Assembly (NCBI GenBank): GCA_964016885.1
Contig: OZ024740.1
Span: 95,294,001-95,358,000 of the forward strand
Source of the DNA: Eledone cirrhosa
Taxonomy: Eukaryota
Direction of reading: 5' to 3'
Length of the DNA stretch: 64,000 bases
Shown: one piece after another, positions 54,981-64,000 of the stretch
Layout: every line of letters starts with the position of its first letter
Numbering within the stretch: the stretch's first letter is position 1
Position numbers and translations under genes: made by a program
Notes under the pieces: model-generated
Database searches by the model: none
The model's input: only the letters and a program-made list of their open reading frames with translations
Told to the model about the DNA's origin: nothing

Positions 54981-57433
54981 CGTGGGAAAGTAAGAAATAG
55001 GAGAATAGACCGTTAAAAGATGTTTATTTAAAACACCACCTAGGTACGTTTCGCCCAGTTGGGCTTCTCAAGGGCATACATAACCAAAAGTGTTCCTTAC
55101 ATTGCTCGGAAAGGCTTTTTGGGGTTAAATTCACGTCAAGGTTTATTGCTCACAAAAATAGCTTGTCTTGATTTTGCAGCACGTCAAGGGAGGTCACTCT
55201 GGCTGGCGTTAGGGCAGTCTTTCTCGAACACATTTTTATCCGCTACAAGATGAGGTTACAACCTTACCATTGTCGATAGGCACAGGGTGATGTAACCAAC
55301 GCTTATTTTGAGACATTTGTTTTTCCGCATCTGTTTGTCTGAGTCGTTTGAGGCTGGGTCTAGTATACAAGGAGAGTTTCCTGGATGTTATTTTGCAGCG
55401 CCTGCCTGTCGGGTTGTTAAGACTTGTTGCAGGGAGATCCGGTGCACGGTTTCACTCCTCATCATTAACCCATCTGGAGGAGGATATTCTTAAGCGTTGT
55501 GTACAACCTATCGCTGTTTCAGCTCTGCTGTTGATGAGCTCGTGGGGTGCAGTTATGATGTGGTAGATATCCATGAGGCAAAGATCGCATTTCCTCTTGA
55601 AGGTGTACGGTGCCGCTCTGCCGACAATATCCCAGTGCGTGGAGAAGCTGATGTTTAAGTCCTTTAGTGATGTGATGTAGTCCGCGAGCGAAGTGGAGTG
55701 TCTTATTTTTTTATTTGTGAAAGAGTTGAGATGTGTTCCAAACCTAGTTTTGAACGGGCTGGAGGTAGCCCCTTTATAATGTTTAACGCTATTGTGGCTA
55801 GTTACAGTGCATCTATATATAACCCTATAAGTCAGACAGTATCCTCTAAGTGGGCAGCGTCCTCTGTCGCGGCAGTTGCAGTTGTTTTCGCGGTTTCATC
55901 TATTTCCCATGGTAAGGCTATCATTGTTGCTGCCTACACTTTTACCTATGCTCCCGCAGCTGTAGTTAGCACCATTACAACCCACAGCACGATGGGTGGT
56001 GTGATTGTTATTCCGCACAACTTGTCCTGTATGTTCCCCAGTCATTTCGAGGTTATGCTGGTTGTATCTGCGGAGGCCGTTGCCAGCACTATTGGATGCC
56101 GCTAGGGAGTTGTTAAGGCCGATATAGTTATTGTTAGGTGTAGGTGCGTCTGTGTCGAGGTGCTCTGTCTTGGTGATCTTACTGTGGTTCGTTGTTCCTA
56201 TGATGTCTGCTCGGTTAGGAGTAGTAGAGAAGGATATGTTTATATTGTTCCTATTAAGAATATTTCTATACCTATGGTAGGGCGGGAAGTTCTTCTCTAA
56301 GGCTTCGAAGAACATTCGGGGTATGTTGAGGCCACACTTCGAGAGTAGGAGGGAGGGGTGGAACCATAGGACGTTACGGTGGCGATTACGTGTCCTTGTA
56401 CGTTTGCTACGGGTGGTTCCATCTTTATGACCGCTCTTAGGTGTGATAATGCGGCGTAGCACGTTAGGTGCCTCTTTCACTTTATGTCGCGTTCACTCTT
56501 CTTCCCTCTTCCATGTTTACGTACAGGAAGATGTTGGTTGGAAGGCGTTGATAGTAGGCCGTCGCCTTTGTTGGTTTTGTAATAGGGGAATAGTACGAGT
56601 AATCTACATTGGTCACCGTCGCCGGGGTCGTCAACTTTAGTGCGATTATCTATTCTATTATATCCGACTTCAACGAGGTCGCCGCGTGATCGGTTATAGG
56701 TATGGCTTACTATAACGTTCGTTTTATGAGGAGGGTGGTTTATAGAGCTAACGTTAGAGGTTAAGGAAATTCCTCGGTTAAAGCCGGCGCTTATCAAGGC
56801 CCTATTGTAGTAATCTGCCGCTTGGTTTAAGATAACCTCATTGGCGGATTTCCCCGAGATTCTATGTGAGATACTATAGACTATGGAGTTGAGAATCTGC
56901 TTAGGGTGGTTGGAGGCATAATTAATATAAGAGATGCATTCTCCAGGCTTATGGTATGGCTTGTATAAGCCCGTACTAAACTCGAGGGTCACGTCCAGGA
57001 AGTTGACAACCTTGTGATTGAGGTCCATAATTACAGATAGGCTGTATGACTTGAATAACCTGTGTATATGTTTGTTAAGGTTGTCTAACCTACGGGGGCT
57101 ATGGTTCCTAACGGTAAACAGGGCGTCGTCCCTTTATACACCTCCTTGTAGGGCCGGTATCTCGTCCCTAGCTTATGTAGGAGGTATATCCCGACCAGGT
57201 CAGTTGATTGCGCTGAGTCACTGTACCCCATCGTGACATCGAAGTTATCAGGACGGTTGGTTCTGGTCCAGTGGGAGTTTTCGAACTGGATAATGGCTCT
57301 ACGCGCGGCTAGAACTATGTCTATTTCTTTTTTAGTGAGGCTAGTGTTAGATTTAGCTAAGATGAGTGACTTATTTTAAGAGTAGGGGGATATAGAGGTT
57401 TTGTAACCATCTATGCAAAACTGGATGAACTTC
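54980..57433 (-). mobile_element. Naiad PLE family 3, 5'-truncated, decayed
   Basis: KFIQF.ID, FDVTMG, GV*RDD, VVNFLDVTL, YKPYHKP, LWFHP, CNCRDRGRCPLRGYC, CDLC; degenerate hammerhead (gccc/gggc-GAAAC) at 55039-55074. Confidence 0.85.
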
Positions 57434-57449
57434 AGGGTCGCTTTATCCG

Positions 57450-57496
<47 letters not shown>

Positions 57497-59200
57497 CATG
57501 TGAGTAGCTATATATGTATAAGTTTAAACAACAGTATATATGTATGGACATATGTATATGTATATGTATAAGTATGAGTCGATCGAGGCAGGAGTAGGGT
57601 CGGTGCATGTAGGGTAGTTTACCTTGGGCTCGGTGTGGCGTGGCCTCTGTCCGTATAGTTTGAGGGAAGTTCCCATCCCAATGTGTTGTTATTGTCCATA
57701 CAGCTTGAGGAGGTACCGGCTCTGATGTGTCTACATGTACCAAATAAGTCGGACTTGATGTTTATTAGGCTGCTTCCACTGCTGAGTACACGAGGGTCGC
57801 GCTCAGACATAGTTAGCAGATGCCAGATCCCCCTCTATCAGGTGGTACTTTCCTAATTTGGGACCCGGTCAGAGAGTACGAGGCCCTGTACAGCTTGAGC
57901 TTCCAGATCAGTTCGGAAAGAGCCGTACTTTTCCTTTTGTCCTCCCTATTAAACGAATGGCGATGGTTAACCATCGATCGTTGAAGCTCGTTGATGTAGC
58001 TCCTATGTAAAGATGCTCAGAGTTGGGGTTTTTACTCTACGTCCATATATTAAGTTCTTCCTTAGGCATTCATTACTAAGGGGCATATTGTTGGGGTTCT
58101 GCAGTTGCAGGAGGTGGTCGACCCTCGAATTACTAATGTGGGGTTCCCGTTGCGTATTGTAGGGAGGTATTCTCCTGGGGTGGTGCGGTTGGGTCACTGG
58201 GTATGTTTGGGTTCCCATGGTGGGTACTGGTTCCCTCCTTCCTTCCCTTTACATGGCTCTGCTGGGTGCTTATATTGCCAGCTTCTGGTTGTGTCTAGTT
58301 TCTAAGTATACCACTATTGATGCTAGCTATGTGCTGGGCTACATTGCGCGTGGTAGAATACGACAGCTTCACAGTGTGTCTGTTGAAGATCTTGTTCTAT
58401 ATATGGTCCCTCGGGAAACATCTACCTAATGCTCTAAAGTATGACCGGGCCAGGCTGTTATTTAGGTCCACTGAGTAGGGTGGGTTGTACCACGTGATTT
58501 GTCTACGTCTGTTCCTATGTGGGTGGATTGAGCGCGCTCTGGGCTGTTGGGGAGTTGTTGTGTTGCTAGTGGTTCCAGCTTTGTTGCTTCCCCTTTGGGC
58601 GTTATGTCTTTTACTAGCCACCCGGCCCGTAAGTGTGGGGTGGTTGTTGCCCACGCTGGGAGTTCTACGATGGGATGATCCTCCATCCATCACGCTTCGT
58701 GTCTTGCGGTTGGGGGCGTCGGGCCCGGGGTGGTTAGCATTACCACTGAGATCGTTACTCGTACTGGGTTTCCTCCCATGGCTAGGCGTACGCGTCCTTT
58801 TAGCTAATGTGGTGGTATCGAGGTTCAAGAGGTTAGTGGTTTCCACTCTGCCTGTACTGTTAGGGTGCCCGCCTCCTGGATACCGTGGGCCGGGGTTTCT
58901 GATGGGTTATCCCTATCGTGGTGGATTATAAGATATATGTTTGCCATGCACCGCCTTATATAGACCTGCGTTTCAATTGAAGATCTCTATATTGGCGTAC
59001 AGGTTGGTGATCCTGTCCGAGATACTCTTGACTACGGCCTTAATTATAGAGTGGTTTGACTTGGCGTTAACATATAGCAGTTTCTCGTTGTGATTGTGAT
59101 AGAGGTAGTATTGCTCAGTGCTCAGGTTTACGGTGGTGTCTAGGAAGTTGACTACCATTCTATTTGGGTCTAGTTCAATACTGAGCCCATGGTTCAGGTT
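57434..59200 (-). mobile_element. Naiad PLE family 4, 5'-truncated, decayed
   Basis: VVNFLDTTVNL, WYNPPYS, CNCRTPTICPLSNEC, LINIKSDLFGTCRH. Confidence 0.82.
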
Positions 59201-59817
59201 TTTGTATTTTACACTCCACTTTTATCTCATTTGCTCTTAAAACGCACCACTTGATGATAGGGTAAGAATTGTAATTCTTTACACTTCTCGATTTTGACAC
59301 AGAGGTTTTCTACTTCAGTTAATATTTTTCACATCTTTCAAATGTTGATATTGGTTGTAACACACACGCATTTTCTATTTTTCTTAATTTTTGTATTTGT
59401 TTGGCGAACCCCACTACGTGAAATGGTGTCGTGATAGATGCCAACATACCCACATACATTCTTCTGAACGTAACAGTAGCACACTAAAGATGACCTGCCA
59501 GCTGACTTCTTAAAACCACTACCACTACTAACACAATGGAGGAGGTCAGCTGTACTTAAACAAAAACAACTACAACAGATTATCTTGCCTCAGAAAAATG
59601 TCTATAGACATTTGAGTGAAGAATGTTCTCACAACTGACCAATAGGATGCGAGCGTGTTCCATGACGCCGAAATTCGTTTGTTCTAACTCATATGATTCC
59701 AGTTCCTCAAGGAAATAATAACACAACCAGGAGCTGGACATATCGATGTGTTGACGGAGTAAACCACTCTTCAACAGCATGTGTACACGTCTTTCCCACA
59801 CCCACACCAATTCGAAG

Positions 59818-59868
59818 TGCCTGAAGAGGTCACAGCCAATGATGGCTGTCACCGAAATATATATAGCA
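59818..59868 (+). ncRNA. Minimal hammerhead ribozyme with intact core
   Basis: tgc-CTGAAGA-ggt c acagcca atga tggctgt c acc-GAAA-tatata-TA-gca, AATAAA ~17 nt downstream. Confidence 0.78.
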
Positions 59869-60001
59869 GTATATCTATAATGTGTAATAAACGAAGCTAA
59901 GATTTACATATTTGACTTATATATATATATATATATATATTAGAAAGTGAGGTTTTTTTTACAAAATGAAAAATAACCGAGGTGTCCTACACGAGTGGAA
60001 G

Positions 60002-60095
60002 TATAAAGAAAAAGGGATGAAATCGAAAATGCAACTGAAGTCTTATTTTTTTTAAAAATAAGACTTCAGTTGCATTTTCGATTTCATCCCTTTTT

Positions 60096-60102
<7 letters not shown>
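60002..60102. repeat. Perfect ~49-bp-arm inverted repeat
   Basis: tataaagaaaaagggatg...gtcttattttt / aaaaataagac...tttctttata; arm is homologous to non-inverted 23925-23975. Confidence 0.9.
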
Positions 60103-60194
<92 letters not shown>

Positions 60195-60301
60195 CAATAA
60201 TTTAAAAAAAATTGAAGACTAAAATCCAAAGAGGGCTCTATAAGGATAATATATATATCAAATATATAAGAACCCTAGAGCAAATATTTATTAAAATAAC
60301 A

Positions 60302-60402
60302 GATTAAAGTTTAAGCAAATAATCGCTGCTTTCACTTTTAACAGGATCTTCAGAAGATCCCGTTAAGGGTGAAAGCAACGATTCTTTTCTTAAACTTTAA
60401 TC
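60302..60402. repeat. Imperfect ~50-bp-arm inverted repeat centred on a hammerhead-like core
   Basis: gattaaagtttaag...ggatcttc a gaagatcc...cttaaactttaatc; related sequence at 23390-23455 and 54555-54600. Confidence 0.85.
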
Positions 60403-60430
60403 ATTTATTTTAATGAATATATTTATATAT

Positions 60431-60487
<57 letters not shown>

Positions 60488-60615
60488 TGTGGCCTCCTCG
60501 TTATCAAGTATGGCCATTGCATAATATACCATTATTAATAGTCATTAATTAATTCTATTATGGCCTTGTGCCTAAAGTAGAAACAATTAATTAATTCTAT
60601 TATGCAATGCCTGTG

Positions 60616-60795
60616 CGTGATTGCCAGTATCGGTAGAAGGCTGGACGCCATGCTTTCTAGCATAGTTACGTCCCTTTACAGTCTGAGTTCAAATCCCGCC
60701 GAGGCTAACTTTGCCTTTCATCCTTACGGCGTCGATAACATAAAGTACCAGTAATGTACTGTGTAATTGCTGGCCTTGTGCCTAAAGTAGAAATA
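60616..60795 (+). mobile_element. tRNA-derived SINE of the abundant octopus-like type
   Basis: B box gagttcaaatc, central gcctttcatcctt.cgg.gtcgataa..aagtaccag domain, gctggccttgtgcc tail; 5' fragment also at 32314-32356. Confidence 0.75.
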
Positions 60796-61340
60796 ATTAA
60801 TGAATTCTATCATGCAATGCCTGTGCGTGAAGATATTTTTTAAGGTGAGGAAAGACTGTCCACTCAGCCATTCCAACTCTCTGCGCGACAGCAGCTATAA
60901 CTCGAACAGAAAGAAAAATCAATATCATCGATAACTACTGAGCTGCAGGTTTTGTCTCGGAGTTATCCAAGTTTCCTGAGTTGCCTTCTCCTAGAATAAT
61001 GCCCTGACAAAGCTAGTGGTGTAACCACGCGATCCGGTGTCCAGCCCGACTATTTCTATGTCCCCGTACATATACACATATACGTATACACACATATGTA
61101 CATGTGTATATGCATATTTACACACTTTTGGATGGCCGTTGACTCATGAGTTCTTCCGCCTTTGTCAGGTTTTGTTTTTTGTCCTGCAGGGTGTCCAATA
61201 TCAGCCTCCTCACCAAGTAAGCTTGATGGCGTTGCCGGTTCAGTCGCCGAAGATCCGCCCATGCTACAGGTTGTACTGGGTTACATGTTACCAGTAGAAT
61301 TTAGGAGTGACCCGACATATATACATATACATATATAAAT

Positions 61341-61415
<75 letters not shown>

Positions 61416-62817
61416 GGTATTGAAGTTTCCGTTGAAAATTGAAAAGGTCATAGCAGTCAAGAGTGCTCTATGTAAGTACCAGAGCTAAATTTAATGTATA
61501 ATAAACAATACAATATAATTTCCTCATTACCAGAGGTTTCCCGAATAAGACGAATACGAAAAACGTCCTCATCGGACAAGGCAGTTTTAAACATTGTGAA
61601 CTATTTGAAAAATCTCCTCAAGAGTTTAACGGGCAAAACAAATAAAGCAAGAGATATATAAAAATAAGGAAATATAGTTCGGGTATGTGTATACATGTGT
61701 ATATATTTACTCACAAATGTACATATGTGTGTATGTACAAATGCATGTGTATAGTGAACATGTGTGCGTAAGTACATATATGAGGGCACGCCAATAGTGT
61801 ATGTATGACCACAAATACGTATATAATATAAGTTGAAAAAGGAATTTTAAGATAATGTACATCCAGATTTAGGTATTAAATATATACACATACAAGTATG
61901 AAAGCACGCGTATAAACACACACGCACGATCATTTATATGCGGATGATAAAAAGGGAAGGGAGTGTATTAGTCAAAAAGAGTGTCATATTCGATACATAT
62001 AAAAATGAAACAATATATGAGAAAGAAAAAAATTGTGTTTAAATCAAAGAGAAAGTAAGAGAGCGGGGTTACCAATTATAAATTAACACTAGAGAAATAG
62101 AAAACAAACATAGGTTCGCACATACGCACATATACATATAAAAACAATATATATATGAATACGTATAGGCAAAAGCGCATGCATACGTACATACATACTC
62201 ACGAAGCACACACATATATATATATATCGGCACGCGTATATCTAAGCACACGTACGTACGTGACTATATATATACATATATGTATGTGTGCATACACACA
62301 CATACATATATATATATACATATACACATATATACACATATTTATACACATACATTCACCTACATACACCCACTCGTATAAATCTAGATATAAAAACACA
62401 CATACTCACACATATAGACACACACGCGCACACATACGGAGGCGCATGCACGCTCACACGCATAGATACAAATTATAAACCAGCCATATGAAAAAAAGAA
62501 ATACAAATATATATATATATGTATATATCAGTGTCTTTTGTAAACTAAAAGCTGATGCTTTGAATAATATGATCACATAATTCATAACTTGCTAGCTTGT
62601 TTGGATTCTGTATGTGCAGTATATTTATTTATATTTAAAAAAATCTGTATGACAATTAAATTCCTGCAATTAGTGCAATACGTCGAACATGAATAATTGT
62701 ATTAATTCCACTTTTAGACGTTGTTCTATACTCTAACTTCTTTTGGTCTCTGGAGATACTCTCATTCAATTTAATTAATATTACCCCAGGGATTGTACCT
62801 CGGATAATTTATTGTAT

Positions 62818-62972
62818 AAACATATTGACCTTTAAATACCCTTGTCGTATCATACTAAATAAGTTTCTCAAATAGTTGAATGTTGTTATATATATATATA
62901 TATATATATATATACTATTTGAGAAAGTTTGTTAGTATGATATGACAAGAGGATTTAAAGGTCAATATGTTT
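62818..62972. repeat. Fold-back with ~58-bp arms around a (TA)n loop
   Basis: aaacatattgacctttaaat...tttctcaaatagt / actatttgagaaa...atttaaaggtcaatatgttt. Confidence 0.85.
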
Positions 62973-63596
62973 GGACTGGTGTAATTCCTTAAAGGTTTAT
63001 TATACTATGAATATATCAATGACCGGGTTCAGTATAAATCCGGTGACATCATCACGTATTCGAACTTTAACAAAGGAATGTAATCCAATGGGCTGAAAAG
63101 GCAGAGAGACAAGAAGGCGGCAACACATTTAGCAGTTTCTAGTTCGGTCGGCCACCTTCAAGTGAAGACTGCCAATTTATCTTATGTCTTTTCAAGGGGT
63201 GTAAGTTTTAAGTGTACTACTACCACCCCGTCACGGACAGAGGATAGTGGTGGGATCAGGTTACATTGAAGTTAGTCAGAAGTGCTAAAAAGTGCTAAGA
63301 AATATATTTTTTCCAAAACCATATATCTTCAACAAAACTATATAGAATGGATGCCTCCACAGTACATTTTTCATTGTAGGGTCAGAAATTACGATTAACG
63401 ATTAGAAATATGAAATGTATGTTTAGAATTAAAAGATGTCATTTAAGATGAGATTAGAAAAGTAAGATTTGGGTTTAAATTTGGGAGATTTAGTTAAATA
63501 ATTTACAGAAGGAGGCGTTTATGAAAAGGTTAAATGTATTATTGATAATAACGATAAAGTTTCCGGGTAGAATATAAAGTTAAGACTAAGCCCCTC

Positions 63597-64000
63597 TTTG
63601 GCGGTCAGTAACCAGCGACGTCACAGGCTCCCAGCCCACCCGGGGCCCAATGGCGTGTCAACCGTTCCGAGTATTTTCGTCTACCGAAAGAAAGGGAAAA
63701 TTATTTTTTCCGAGCACTCCAGGAATGTTAACTGTCTGAAGCGCCGAGGGCGCTAGCGGGAAACCCGCCACCGTCGGCTGATCATCGTGTACACCAAACG
63801 ATTCTTAGTTATTCACACTGGTGGGTAATTTAGTGAAAGGGCTAGTACATGGAGGCATGGTCAATTTTGAATTTATGATTAAGCCTAGAATTTAAAACTA
63901 CTGTTTGGCGGTCAATAACCGGTGGCACGGTGGATTCCAAGCCCTCCCAGGGCGCAAGGGTGTAACAGCCATTCCGAGTAATTTCGTTTACCGAAAGAAG
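63597..64000. repeat. Diverged direct repeat, ~307-bp period, continues past the window end
   Basis: tttggcggtca.taacc ... ttccgagta.tttcgt.taccgaaagaa at 63597 and 63904. Confidence 0.75.

Overview
AT-rich animal genomic DNA rich in (TA)n and (TTA)n microsatellites; the SINE types suggest an octopus-like cephalopod (inference). I found no host gene; the recognisable features are almost all retroelements, in two zones. Bases 1-22.3 kb are a stack of non-LTR retrotransposons, each separated by (TTA)n: four copies of an R4/Dong-like RT plus restriction-like-endonuclease family, one fragment of a second such family, and an oppositely oriented Tx1/L1-type element. The stack appears to sit inside an old Naiad Penelope-like element (PLE). 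Bases 22.3-64 kb are (TA)n-rich, with at least 8 PLE insertions or relics, many as inverted fold-backs (a 4.7-kb nearly perfect one and a 9.4-kb one), about ten hammerhead-ribozyme motifs, a rearranged mariner, a MITE-like element and tRNA-derived SINEs. The top leads are an in-frame TGA at a conserved Cys in both arms of one Naiad (possible selenocysteine), a hammerhead with a ~75-nt structured insert in stem II, and the multi-family (TTA)n-targeting community. All calls are by eye; no searches or folding computations were run.
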